From Mytilus trossulus (Eukaryota): a stretch of 64,000 nucleotides of DNA. The notes under the pieces were generated by a model. It worked only from the letters and a program-made list of their open reading frames with translations. It was not told the origin of the DNA and made no database searches. How positions within the stretch are numbered: position 1 is the stretch's first letter; the number at the start of each line of letters is the position of its first letter. The stretch lies in the NCBI RefSeq assembly GCF_036588685.1, contig NC_086382.1, positions 56,668,001 to 56,732,000 on the forward strand, given 5' to 3'. Positions 23,998-37,664 of the stretch are shown piece after piece. The position numbers and the translations under genes are program-made.

Positions 23998-26900
23998 CTA
24001 ATGTTTGCAATCACAATGACCATCAATGCAGTGTGGCATACCATGACCATGTGGACAATGATGACCATGGCAATCAGCTTGGTCCATGCAACCTATAAAA
24101 ACAAATAATAGTAAAAATTTACTCTATACAACCATCTTGGATTATAAAATAGCAATATACGGTGTAACAGTATAACAATTAGGGACTTCCAATACTATAT
24201 ATGTAAGTATAGACTGTCCCTGTTGTAACCCCTTATCCTATCTGGAAGTAATAGTATTTACATATCCTGACGTTAATTCTAAAAAAAAACTTTTGTTTTG
24301 CATTCTTTCTTCGAAAATTTCAAAAAAAGTCACTATTCAGTAATGCGTGTCTGTTGTCAAAACTTACTCAACAGACGTTAGTTTAATATGTTATTTCAAT
24401 AATATGCTAGTATTATTTTCATTCTTTAAATAAGGCGATCCAAATAGGAATACAAAGTAATTCAATTTACCTCCTGGTCCGCCTCCACCGCCTCCACATG
24501 TACAAACTCCATGTTGGCACTCTACCATGCCTCCAGAGCTGCAAGTTTCCATTGTGCAGTCACTAGCCATTTGGCAGTTCTCTGCATATACTGCAGCTAA
24601 ATAAGAACAAGAAATCGTCATATTTGAGGTTCTCATAGCACGTTCAATAACACTTCTCATTACATGAATTATATTTTGGTACATCAGTAGGCATTACCTG
24701 CTACGAAATTCGATACAATCTTTAAGTAAGTCTACACGTATTTTTACTCTTGTTAATCATGAAACGGAGTTCATGCAACTCTCATCGGTAAGGTTTCAAA
24801 TATTTTTTATTTATCTATTGGTCATTATTTTTCGCATGACTCATTATTTTGCTGCAAAGTATTTGAGTTCGCCAGGAAAGAGGCCACAACTTTCACTAAA
24901 CTTAACATGGACACGTCTAGTTTTATTTGGTATAGCACAGTTATCTCTAACTAAATGCTATAGTAGTATACTGCTGTTTAAAGTAGCTTAATTTTTATCA
25001 TTTGTTTCTAATTCTCTATATTGTGAATCCTTTCAATTATTTTAAGACAATTAAAAGCCATAAAACATATGGTTGATAGAAATTAGTTGCTTTGAGAAAC
25101 TTAAACTAGAGGCTCTAAAGAGCCTGTGTCGCTCACCTTGGTCTATGTGAATGTTAAACAAAGGACGCAGATGGATTCATGACAAAATTGTGTTTTGTAC
25201 TTTACTGAACATTCTTGCTGCTTACAAGTATCTCCATCTATAATGAACTTGGCCAAGTAGTTTCGGTGGAAAATGTTAGTAAAAATTTACAAATTTTATG
25301 AAAATTGTTAAAAATTGACTATAAAGGACAATAACTCCTTAGGGGGTCAATTGACCATTTTGGTCATGTTGACTTATTTTAAGGTCTTACTTTGCTGTAC
25401 ATTATTGCTGTTTACAGTTTATCTCTATCAATAATAATATTTAAAATAATAACAAAAAACGGCAAAATTTCCTTAAATCTACTAATTCAGGGGCATCAAC
25501 CTAACAATTGGTTGTCTGATCAATCTGAAACTTTCAGGGTAGATAGATTTTGACCTGATAAACAATTTAATCCCAGTCAGATTTGCTCTAAACGCTTTGG
25601 TTTTTGAGTTATAAGCCAAAAACTGCATTTTACTCCTATGTTCTATTTTTAGCCGTGGCGGCCATCTTGGTTGGTTGGCCGGATCACGCCACACATTTTT
25701 AAAACTAGATACCCCAATGATGATTGTGGCCAAGTTTGGATTAATTTGGCCCAGTAGTTTCAGAGGAGAAGATTTTTGTAAAAGATTACTAAATTTACGA
25801 AAAACGGTTAAAAATTGACTATAAAGGGCCATTACTCCTAAAGGGGTCAACTGACCATTTCGGTTTCATGACTTATTTGTAAATTCTACTTTGCTGAACA
25901 TTATTGCTGTTTACAGTTTATCTCTATCTATAATAATATTCAAGATAATAACCAAAAACAGCAAACTTTCCTTAAAATTACCAATTCAGGGGCAGCAACT
26001 CAACAACGGGTTGTCTGATTCATCTGAAAATTTTAGGGCAGATAGATCTTGACCTGATAAACATTTTACTACGTGTTAGATTTGCTCTAAATGCTTTGGT
26101 TTTTGAGTTTTTAGCCAAAAACTGCATTTTACCCCTATGCTCTATTTTTAGCCGTGGCGGCCATCTTGGTTGGTTGGCCGGGTCACGTCACACAATTTAT
26201 AAACTAGATACCCCAATGATGATTGTGGCCAAGTTTGGTTTAATTTGGCCCAGTAGTTTCAGAGGAGAAGATTTTTGTAAAAGTTAACGGACGACGACGA
26301 CGACGGACGACGGACGCCAAGTGATGAGAAAAGCTCACTTGGCCCCTTGGGCCAGGTGAGCTAAAAAGGTTATATGAAATAATAAACAACTTATTATGAT
26401 ATTACAAACAATAGTAAAATCACAAAAAAATACTGAACTCCGAGGAAAATTCAAAAAGGAAAGTCCCTTATCAAATGGCAAAATCAAATCCTCTAACACA
26501 TCAAACGAAAGGATAACAACTGCCATATTCCTGACTTTGTACAGCCATTTTCTTATTTAGAAAATGGAGAATTAAACCTGGCTTTAAAGGTAGCTAAACC
26601 ATTTACTTGTATGACAAGCGCATCAAATTCCATCATATTGACAACAATGTGTGAACAAATGATAGAAATAATAGGTAAACATGTCAAACTTTGTGGTACA
26701 GACAACATTGTGTTATGATCTTAATCACTATAAAAGCAAAACAATATGTAACAAAGAAGCACAAAATGTCATATTGAACAAGCATATAAGCAAAAATTAA
26801 AGACAATTATAACACATTTTACCATAGTACAATAGCATAATGACGTGATGTTTAAGTACAGAGCCACGTCGTATATATAATGTACGGACGACAAATAAGT

Positions 26901-27410
26901 AATGATTTCTAGTATTAATTCATTGTTAAGAATGTTTTTATTTTTTAAATTAGCAGGAAAAGTCTTATTTTCACATGTTTGTATCGTAAAAAAGCCCTAA
27001 TAATTATCATAGGTATCAGACTTTGTTGCTTGGTTACGAATAAAGTTTTTTTAAGTATGGAAAATATGGAAGAAAAACGTGTTCCTTTATTTTCAACTGT
27101 TTTCGTAGATCATATTCGGGAATAATGAAAGAAATCCGATACAATACGATATACCACACTTGTTTAACAGAATAGTTCTTGTAATTATGTCTATAAGTAC
27201 CAATAAATATCATGAAAGTTTTTTTCATTTTCCTGCCCCAGAGTAAAAGTGAAATGGGCATAATGATGACGACATTGACAAACTAAATTGTAACTTTTTA
27301 CATATTAAATTAAATTACAGAAATAATTGTGTACATTAATGTGTTTTAAATCTTTTCATAAAATACAACTTACCAATTAGAACAACGAAACACAGAATTG
27401 TAACTTTCAT
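23998..27410 (-). CDS. Secreted cysteine-rich peptide B, cvSI-2-like (I84-like), 85 aa; recent paralog of A
   Basis: Exons 27410-27374, 24596-24471, 24092-23998 (258 nt). MKVTILCFVVLIAAVYAENCQMASDCTMETCSSGGMVECQHGVCTCGGGGGGPGGCMDQADCHGHHCPHGHGMPHCIDGHCDCKH; 3 aa differences from A. Confidence 0.88.
25103..26367 (-). mobile_element. Helentron-associated element with about 500-bp internal tandem repeats in intron 1 of gene B
   Basis: Terminal hairpins (aggctc..gagcct; agctcac..gtgagct), a (GAC/GGAC)n microsatellite and an internal period of about 498-500. Degenerate relatives at about 9700-11700, 17140-17850, 30320-30535 and 38820-39570. Confidence 0.7.
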
Positions 27411-27445
27411 GTTGATGGTTTGATAACAGAACAAGTTGTGATCAG

Positions 27446-27510
27446 TTTATATAAGGACTATTTTGATAAGAAGTTAAATAAAAGTTCCTGTAAATGACTT
27501 GACATCATTC
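27446..27510 (-). promoter_or_regulatory. Core promoter of peptide gene B
   Basis: TATATAAA at 27453-27446, a TGATAAG motif and TTCCTGTAA at 27485-27493, in the same arrangement as gene A. Confidence 0.55.
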
Positions 27511-30500
27511 TCACCAAAATCGAAACACGTGAAACAAGTCCCGACGTAACGACAGCTGTTCATTATTATGCTTATTTTATCATGCTCAGGTTATCAGACG
27601 TATGGTGTTGATTTTGTCGTCAGTAAATAGGCCACTACTTTCACTAAACTTAACATAGACACGTCTAGATTTAATCTGTATAGCACAAATATCTCGAAAT
27701 AAAGGCAACAGTAGTATACCGCTGTTCAATTGTCATAAATCGATTAAGCGAAAACAAATCCAGATCACAAACCATGACTGAGGGAAACACATCAACTATA
27801 AGAGGATAACAATGGATAAATAGAAACACTGAACTGCTACAAATTAAACACCAACATACATAGAAACGCACTAATTTATAAAACAAATTTAAAAAGAGAA
27901 CGGTGATTTTCCTTAGGCACCGTCCTAGTGTTTATATATATCTCAACTCGTTTGATACGCTCGTGTCTGTTCTGTAGTAACGTTCTATGTTTTAATGAGT
28001 GTAATGTATGTAGAACTAGTAAAATGGTAGTAATTGCGACCCCTCTCAGATCTGTATTGAGTGTTGTTGTTTTTTTGGGGTGTTTTTTTTTGGGGGGGGG
28101 GAGTATTAATACCCGTCTATGTCCACACTGTGTTTTATTATACGTATTTCTATTTGAATTCTTCTGATGAGTTAAGATTTTTACAACTGATTTTTGTCGT
28201 TTCTTCTTTTGTTGTACTTTTACACCCCTGTTCCAGGTTTTGGTAGGGGTGAGCGGTCATAAGTATGTTTAAGCTGCCACATTCTTTCAGTGCCTGTCGC
28301 AAAGCAGAAGCATGTAGTTCAGTGGTTGCCATTGATTCATGTTTGTCATATTGTTTTTCGTAAACTGTTTTGTTATAAATTAGAATGTTAGTTTTCTCGT
28401 TTGAATTGTTTCAAACTAATCATGCATTTTTATAGCCGACCAGACGGCAGACGTTTTTCTCATTGTTTAAGTCGTAGTGTTTCCTATGAAAGCTTGCATG
28501 CATTTCATTTGAACTTTGGTGGATCTCATTGTCAATCATACCACATCTCAGTGTTGTAAATGCCAATGTATTTTTATTTAAAGAAAGCGATGTAAAGCTT
28601 TTTGTAATTGAACATTTTGAATTAGTAATTTATAAACTATATCCCATTGATGAATCACAGCTGTCATTGGTGAAACAGTTGTGTAAACAGTCATGTATTG
28701 CCATCGGTTTTCCGAATGGTGAGGTGCCCATTCGTGAAAGTCAGTTTGTTATGTCGTTTCCTTTTCCTTCCTATTGTAATCTATTATATATATGGATAAG
28801 AACATCTTAAATATTTCGAAAAGTTTTGTAAACCGTTAGTTTATAATTATGACCATATCAATCATAATTCATGTCAAGCTGACTACTCGGTTGTTGATAC
28901 CCTCGGGGAGATAACCTCCACTAGCCGTGGAATCGACAAAGTGGTTGTGTCTGTATCTGTATGTGTTCGTCGTAGTTACCAATTCTGGCTTTAATACAAC
29001 AGTAGTGAAGACGACGTCGATTTACTGACGTTTCGCGAGAGCAGATTTAAAGCTCTCTATACTTGTTGAGCGCACAATAGTGTCTTCTAGATGGTTCCAG
29101 TTAATAATAGTGGACATAAAGAATGAGTTTGAATGTTACGGTGTTTAACTGGTAGGAATGTGAAAACTCCTAGTATTGTTTATCACTTGTTTTTCAATTA
29201 TGTTAGTTGCTTTATAATTGTCAAACTTTTTAGCTGTGATGGTTCGTCTTGGTCTTGCTGATTGGAGGAAGTCGTCTGGATCAAAAGCAGGAACCAGCCC
29301 TGCATCATAGATACCATCATTAAAACTGTGTACGACATCTTAGTCAATTTATTCCTGTTGATACCGTAACTCCAAATAAAATCTTCTATTTAGTGCTGAG
29401 GAAGATTTACAACATCAATGTCTACAGTCACTCTTAATGCTATTAAAAAGAGGAAAATAAAACAAACCAAAATTTCAACATTTTGCCAAAATCAGCAATT
29501 TACTCATACTTATGAAATTGAATTCAATATCTGTCAGTAAACTTCTACAGCAGTAAGGCACATACTAATTCACTTTTGTGTGTGTGTAAAGGGGGGGATA
29601 TGCTAACTAAAGATAGATTGTCTGATTCAAAATCGATTGTACTTTTTTCCATTCAAAATTAGGAGGAAATACATTCAAGAGATTGAAGTTCCAAAAATAC
29701 CTGTCATTTAAAACAAAAAGTGTTCGTTCCAATAAAACAAACATGCAACCCATATCCCCCCCCCCCTTTCCTTCGCCGCATTTAATGTCAATTTGTATTA
29801 CAGTTTGGGTAAATAAGACTACATAAACTGTTTTTATAACTCAGTAATGTTGACTTTTTAAAAATAATAAATTACCAAAAAAATTGGCATGTAATTCATT
29901 TATAACATAATGATTTAGTTATATTCTGATGTTTCTTCCTTATACATGTAATTAAATTTACAGTTTTGATGTATAGTTTTGTACACTTAACCCGAACAAG
30001 GCCTACATTGAATATCGATTGAATGTTATCAAAATCTGATTCAAACTACTGTTATATCTAAACATTGATTTTGAATAAATTGGGACGTCAGTAGAGTTAA
30101 GTTGATGTTTCGAGGACACACTATCAATGTGAAGACGACAAAGCTTAGGTCTTGCCTTGCTAATAATTTTTTCCATCAAAATTTTCTCCGAATCAATTGT
30201 CATGGTTTTCAAGATCATAAGCAAAAAACAGTAGGTACATCTCATAATTCATAACATTTCCGTCCCTTTCAGCTCTTCTCTTTTTACAGAATTTTCCAAA
30301 TTAATAGATACAACTAGCCTTTTAACCCTATGTTCTATTTTCAGCCATGTCAGCCATGTTGGTTGACAAGTTGAAAACTACATTACCTGATGATGATTGC
30401 GGCGAATTTTGGTTAAATTTTACCCAGTGCCTTCAGAGTAGAAACGTTTTGTAAAAGATAACGGACGTTGACTGATTACGGACACCAAGTTATTAAAAAG

Positions 30501-31563
30501 CTCACATGTTCTTTTGAACATGGGAGCTTAAAAATGAGAAAACTTAAAAATTCATATTAAAATCGTTCGATCATCGGAGCAAAGAACCATCTTCACTTAT
30601 TCATTGCGTCTATAACGTTTTGAGCCTTTGTTGTAACTTGTTGGAAACGTTGAGAAATATTCCGAGTTTAAATATATAATTCTACATCAATTTATTTGAT
30701 TTTAACATAGGTAAACCATCTTTGCCTTAGTTCAAATACCCCATACTCTTTCAAAACATGATCATTTACCATTGATTGACCAACTGACCATTCAGATCAA
30801 CTGTTATCCATTAACATTACCGTTACCGTTGGCTGAAACATAAGAAATATATGACTGTACTAATGTCGGCACTCACATGTACCATCAAATCTGGTCTTGC
30901 TTCTTTTGAATTTCTTGGGATTGAGTCATTTTTCTCTCATTTTTGTTTGTTACCTTGATTTGTTTTCCCAATCGATTTATAAGACGTGAACATCAATTCA
31001 CTACCAGTGACTACTGTTGTCTAAATAGAGCAAAAAATAGCAGGATACAGTTGTGTTGTTTTATGAACACTTTATACCACAGCATACAAAAGACGTTTAT
31101 AAATAAACTTATTCATTGAAGAGTTTGTTTATAGTTTGGACAACATTTCATTCTGTTAAACAGACTCAGATTTCACACTGCAAATATCGTTTGTTTCAGT
31201 TGTAAAAGGAAATTATGTACGAAAACAAATGCTTATTTAATTATAAAGCAAATATACTGTCGCAATATCAAGCTAAGTAATGACAAGGGAATGACCAACC
31301 AATTCGAAAACATTATTAACTGAAGGGTTACTGTGATCAAGCAATGTTATCAATTAACTAGACCTTTTTCTTTCTTCTGGCAAATTATCCTAAGATGCTA
31401 TGATTGGATATAATGGACTCATAAATCCTAAGTTACGTCCAGTCTTTATAAAGACGATAAATCCGATGTCTTGTGTAAAGGCAGCGCAACAACTATTTGA
31501 CGGTCTGTATTTTAGTTTATTTGACTATATGACTAGAAAAGTGTAAAGTGTATTCAATCTAGG

Positions 31564-33826
31564 CTAATGGAACTCGCATTTGCAGTGTCCGTTCACACAA
31601 TAAGCCACGTGTAATGGTCCACATATACCACGTGTATGGCACTCTTCTCTTGTAATACATCCTGTTAATAAGAAGAGATGATATTTCAACTTGCATTTAG
31701 TAAATTATAATCAATGTATTTAAAGCAATAATAACTTTAAAGTATAATGAAGTGACAAATAAAAGATTTATTACAGGCATCACATGATTGCATTATTAGC
31801 CAATTTATTTCTAGTCTTTCTGGTTTCTGAACGTTTCTCAAATATGTGGTCTGTATGATATTCAAAAAATGCGAATCATGTGAACTTGATTCGGTATCAT
31901 TCGGATTTACGACTCAAAGTAATGCTTAATTTACATACATTGTACACGCGCACATTCGATATAAGCTATCCAATGATGGCTGAATTCTCTCAGTATCTCA
32001 AATAACCTGCAGCATCAAGTGATGTATACCTAGACTATATAATGTGCTACATATGATTTATGTTATTCATCCCGTTTGATTGCTGTCTCATTTGGCATAT
32101 ACCCAACCTGTTCTTTTGTTCATTTTCAGCATAATAGTCATGATTAAGAGTGATGCATTATATGACAATTTTGAATACATTTAATACAGAAGGCATTTAC
32201 TCTTAAGATGCACTTCCTCCTATACCGTTTACACATCATTCTGCTAGATGCCAATTTTTCATGTGGCGTGCATAGCGTTGTTTTGTTCTTAAACAATCAA
32301 GTTTAGAAATCGTTTAATAAAAAAATGAGAATGGAAACGGGAAATGTTTCAATGAGACAACAACCCGACCAAAGTGCAAAAAACAACCGAAGGCCATCAA
32401 TGGTTTTTCAACACAGCGAGAAAATATCGCACCTGGAGGCGGTCGTCAGCTAGCCCCCTAAACAAATATGTGTTTTAGCTAAGTAAAGATGGTCGATATG
32501 AAAACGAGGATGGTCAAATACAAATACAAATGTCATGCTGGTCAAACATTTTGTTGAAGGACGACTCTTCTCTTTCTTGAATTATTCATGATATATTCCT
32601 CTATTTAAGGTGGTACCCAACACTTTCACTTAAATTAATTTGGCTCGTTTAATTTTCATAAAATTTTGACAAGGTATTCACTTTGACCCTTTAACAGAAA
32701 TATAAAAATTTCAAAAAGTTTGAACCAACCTTTTTTTCAGAAAAAATACACTGGTTATATAGCAGTTGACAAACACCAATTTTGATCATTGAGAAGCTTA
32801 TTATTCCCTTTACAACACAACGTAATTAAAACGTTTAGCTGACTTTATAGAGTTATCTCCCTGTAGTGTTAGGTACCACCTTAAGATATCAACTATAAAG
32901 TTATTAATGTTTTACTGTAGAAAACACTGTAATATAAGATGAAACTTACCATGTCCCGTATTTGGAGCACATGTGCATATCTTATTTATACATGCCAATG
33001 AACCTTGTTTACAACAAACAGTTGAACACTCTGAATTTGACCCACCGGGACAGTCCTCTGCATATGCTGCAGCTGTTAAAAAGAAAGAAGTTACAACTAA
33101 CACATAATATATAAAGCGTATTACAACAAATAATAGACAGAATAGCAAGCCACCATTATTAAAAACGAAAATGCACACACTAAAGCAGAGCATGAACAAC
33201 ACATTGTTCGGAGAGCCTTAATTAGTTCTTGAAAGAAATGTAGTACCATAAACACAGGCAAATTAACATCCGACCCCCACCCCCACCCCCCTTTCCCCTT
33301 TGTTTGACCTATCTAAAGCAGAAATCTGTTTGTAAAGCACACAATAAAACAAAATTTCACAGTCCAAATATACTACTTATTTGAGAAAAAAGACTGATTT
33401 CTATTCACAAAATTAAGAACCTCTGAATATGAACATATTCTATAATGTTAAAGATTTTTATGAAATAATATGCACGATGATTATGTGATATTTTTAATGG
33501 TAACTGAAAAAGAAAAATAATTGATTTTAACAACCTAAACATTTCTAATAGCTATATTAAAATAAGCTTTTTTTTTTTATTATTTGTTAGAAAAAGGAGA
33601 AGAAGAGAATACGTTAATGTTCTATAGATTAACAAGAGTCTAAATAATATGAAACATGTACTATATATTTAGACTCGTTTCTGTATTCTACATAACGTTC
33701 GGAGTAAATCCGTGTTTGCAAAGGTAAATAAATTAAACGTTATAACTTATAGTAAATTAGCATATTAAAAAACGCATAGTCCTACTTACATATTAGAACG
33801 ACTATACTGAGTATAACAACCTTCAT
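31564..33826 (-). CDS. Secreted cysteine-rich peptide C, cvSI-like (I84-like), 85 aa, 13 Cys
   Basis: Exons 33826-33790, 33072-32950, 31661-31564 (258 nt, phase 1). MKVVILSIVVLISAAYA|EDCPGGSNSECSTVCCKQGSLACINKICTCAPNTGHGCITREECHTRGICGPLHVAYCVNGHCKCEFH. Confidence 0.87.
32609..32880. mobile_element. MITE with TTAA target duplication (Kolobok-like) in intron 2 of gene C
   Basis: ttaa|ggtggtacccaacact ... agtgttaggtaccacc|ttaa. Confidence 0.82.
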
Positions 33827-34282
33827 TTTGTATTAGATATTCAACTTTCTGCTTATTATTATCTCTTGAAAGGTCACCAAACGTTCAAATCAGATATTTC
33901 TTGTTTGATGCACATTTGATTTCAGGAATTTCGTTAATAAAATTAATAAATTTAAACCTTTATCAACTTTTACCATGCATAAAACAGATTGATTATGATG
34001 TTAAATTAGCTGTGCCTGTCATGTTCTCTTTGATATGTTAAAAGTCGAAATAAGACATGTTAAGAAAGTCGGTAAGATCAATAAATTTCACAAATAATTG
34101 CGATGTGAAACCGTAGTGCAGAAACACTATTGATAAATGCGCATGAATAATTGAATACTGGACAAAACAAGTTCAAAATATAGTATCACAAAGAGCGTGT
34201 TTTAACATTCTCAGTACACCTATTAATAGTCTTAATTCTTATCAGTAATGTATTGACCCTAGTCCGACAATAATTATTATGA

Positions 34283-34317
34283 TATAAAAATGAAAACCTC
34301 AAGATGATGCTCATTAC
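34283..34317 (+). promoter_or_regulatory. TATA box and initiator-like motif of peptide gene D
   Basis: TATAAA at 34283-34288 and TCATT at 34311-34315 (about 30 nt downstream); ATG at 34336. Confidence 0.6.
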
Positions 34318-34335
34318 TAACCAAACAGCAAGAAA

Positions 34336-37300
34336 ATGAAGGTCGTTCTGTGTTTCGCATTAGTTTTCCTTGGTACGTAATTATTTAATTGTAACTAAAG
34401 GCAGACATTAACTTCACATAAGCTTTGATAAATCTTATGAAATAAGCCATGTGTAGTGGTATACCACCGTCCCGAACAAGGGGTCTATAATAATACACAT
34501 CTCCGTCCGTCTATATGAATAATAAAAAAAAAATTATCCAAATATTTTGAAATTTACATAGTGTCAATAACTATAACAAATACAGGGCAAATTTTATTTT
34601 GACTGTGTTTGACTATTCAAGATAGTTATCTTACAGTGGTTTTGTTTCAGAATGATAATAATGTTTCCACTGTAAACATACATTACGGATTTTAGATTAA
34701 TTTGATACTTGCCAACTTCATTTGTGACAGTGTTTGAATTCACCGTACAAGAGTACACTCCCTTACTATCTTTAAACATTTGTGTTATTTCTGTATTCCA
34801 CCTAAGATACTTCTTGTAAGAACCGTTTTAATTTAAACACAATGTTGTGAGCACAATTACGTTCGATTTTGACAGTTTTAGCCTTTAATATTTAGGACGA
34901 TACCGCTTATAAATTCTGAAAATAATTTTGTTTTGGGTTCCCAGATAATGGAAAAAGTACCGCTGCATGGAAACAATCTTTTTAAAATTCTATATAAATG
35001 TCACGGTTTTGTTTTACCTTGTCTGTTCAAGGTTGAATATGATAGAACTTTGTTCTACGAAAACGTTAAATATATTATAGTTTAAGAATAAATGTTTTTA
35101 ACAAGTTTGAACTCTTTACATGGTTTGTTGAACAGGTACCATTCGGTCAGTTTCCGATGTCGGAAATGATTACGTTCACCAATAAATAGTAAAATCATTA
35201 TTTGGAATCAGTATCTAATAATTCACTTGTCAGGAAACCGTAGAATGTAAAGAAAATAAACAGAATTTGACTTTACCTGACTTCATATTTGCTTATACAA
35301 CGCTTTATCCGAAGATGACACAATGGTGATAACATTAAATATAATATTACTTAGGTTGAACTATTTGATTTATCTACTAAACTGTAGGATATGTAAAACT
35401 AAATTAATTAGTTTTTTATCCAACAATATCTTTTGGGAAATCAAATTTGTATTTAAGACAAAACATTTTTTTTAGAATTTAGCAATAAATTATTTCCTCT
35501 TCATTTTATAGTTACAGTTTACGCAGAGAATTGTAAACAAGCCACAGACTGCTCTCTGACACAATGTTCTCAAGGATCATTGGCATGTATTGATCACAGA
35601 TGTACATGTGCAACCAACACCGGCAACGGTAAGATCTAAGAATATGTTTTATTCATTTGTAATGCTATTCTTTATTCTTCATTTACAAATGAAGATAGTC
35701 TCGCATTTCTAAGGAATAAATAAAAGAATATCAATTTAAAGTGGCACAATACAAAGATTTAATACCTCAAATTCCTCTGTTTTCAAATGCTTTAACTTTC
35801 TTTATAATGCTTGAAAATTTATGAAAGTTGTATTTATGTATCGCTTACAGATTACTCTTTCAAAATAATGCAATGTTAGTATTTTTAAACAATTATGTAA
35901 TCAATTATAATGTTAACTGTGTCTACGAAATTTTACAAGAAATTTCCGCTTTCAATTGAAATTAGATTCTTCGTGGATTGTATTGTATGTTGTTCCTAGA
36001 GCCATTATCTACAACAGGGTGTCTCAGATTTTGGATAGAAAGTAAAGATCACATTTTACACCTTATCAAACATTATCTACTTGTATGTGATAAGGATGTT
36101 TACCCTTATTACAAATACTAGTATGTGAAAGAATGGAACACGAAAGAGATAATTTGAGACACCCTTGTGTAGCTCCTGTTGTGTTGATTGAGATTTCGTT
36201 AAAATTTCCTGTATAGTTATAGAGATAAGTGAACTAAATTCATTCAAGTTAACTGACCGCGATTTTGTCATTAAATGCATAATAATTGATTACATAATGA
36301 TTGCAAAACAAAAATACTGCATTGAATTCATTTTACAGATTAAACTTTTATCTATTTGTATATATCTCTTTCATTAATTGTTTTTAACTGTGCATTTGTA
36401 TTCAGATATCGCAGATCAAATTTATTCGTTCATTGTGTAATCATACGTTTTTTGATTGAGTTAAGTCTGCCAATTGATATTTTATCGTATGTTTTTATAT
36501 GTTGTGATGTTATGCTATTGTTTCAGAAAAGGGAGAAGGTTTGGGCCCATTAAAACGTTTAATCCCGCTGCAAATGTTTGCACCTGTCCTAAGTCAGGAA
36601 TCTGATGTACAGTAGTTGTCGTTTGTTTATGTAATATATTTGTGTTTCTCGTTTCTCGTTTTGTTTATATAGATTAGACCGTTGGTTTTCCCGTTTGAAT
36701 GGTTTTACACTAGTAATTTTGGGGCCCTTTATAGCTTGTTGTTCGGTGTGAGCCAAGGCTCCGTGTTGAAGGCCGTACTTTAACCTATAATGGTTTAATT
36801 TTTAAATTGTTATTTGGATGGAGAGTTGTCTCATTGGCACTCACACCACATCTTCCTAAACCAATAAATAGAAAGTAAGAGCATTTTAAAGGTTGAAGAT
36901 TGGAAGTAAAATAATCTGTGTATTGTGCTACGGTACCTTAATATGTATGCGGCAGTTACTCTATAATAGATTCTTCTATAATTAAAGAATATAAAAATAC
37001 TTATAAAAAAATCTGTAATAAAAAAACAACTATATTGGTTTATTAGAAAATTAATAACATATCAAAATAGATTGTTGTAATGTAGAACAATTAAGTGAAA
37101 TATTGTAAACCAATACAGGACTTTGTCTATGATTCTTCACTCTAATGACTATATTATTAATTTGAATATTTGATATTTAATTCATATTCTCAATTATAGA
37201 TATCTCAGTTACAGATGAAATTTCACTTATTATATACTCTAGGTTTTTTTTAACAGTTAGAAGACCTATTTGCTTATAAAAATGGTATTAGTTACATGAA

Positions 37301-37409
37301 ATATCTTCTTCTTCTAGCTTGTACAACACGTGATGACTGTCACCAACATTGTCAAAAGCATGGAGGACAAGCACATTGTGTCGATGGCAGTTGTAGGTGC
37401 CAACACTGA
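34336..37409 (+). CDS. Secreted cysteine-rich peptide D, cvSI-2-like (I84-like), 81 aa
   Basis: Exons 34336-34372, 35512-35628, 37318-37409 (246 nt). MKVVLCFALVFLVTVYA|ENCKQATDCSLTQCSQGSLACIDHRCTCATNTGNACTTRDDCHQHCQKHGGQAHCVDGSCRCQH; AATAAA at 37418-37423. Confidence 0.88.
35740..36937. mobile_element. Older TTAA-flanked TIR element with a nested interspersed repeat in intron 2 of gene D
   Basis: gtggcacaatacaaagatt ... aatctgtgtattgtgctac; nested repeat at about 36350-36858. Confidence 0.6.
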
Positions 37410-37664
37410 AGAGTTTAAATAAACATTCGATCTTTTTTTTATAGTTGTTTTATGCAATGCTAATATATATGTATGTTATGTTCCATTTGTTACAGTAATA
37501 TCTCTTGGAATTTGAAAAACACGTTTGCATTACCTTCTAATGCACTCGTTATTATGTTGACTACTATGGAATATACCTGACACAGATAACCACCACTATG
37601 TTCCACTCGCCCAATAATCGAGTTCTAATCTTACCCACCATTCCTCGTTTTTTGAAATTTGGTG

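Larger units (their letters stand above)
7616..27630. repeat. Tandem segmental duplication: block A about 7616-15410, block B about 15478-27630
   Basis: Collinear homologous anchors: 7616/15480, 7960/16165, 9565/16982, 11880/18003, 12325/22255, 12660/23998, 13484/24471, 14650/26880, 15163/27374, 15360/27585. Confidence 0.88.

Noticed and set aside
23911-24108. Plus-strand Met/Thr-rich ORF (also 13442-13785 and 43033-43224)
   Set aside because: These are antisense shadows of real minus-strand exons.
25482-26287. 122-aa and 63-aa ORFs in gene B intron 1
   Set aside because: They lie within the internal repeats of a non-autonomous element and show no transposase or Rep/helicase motifs.
33171-33180. 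Metal-response element consensus TGCACAC in gene C intron 1
   Set aside because: A single 7-mer, not found in the promoters of the His-rich paralogs, and expected by chance.
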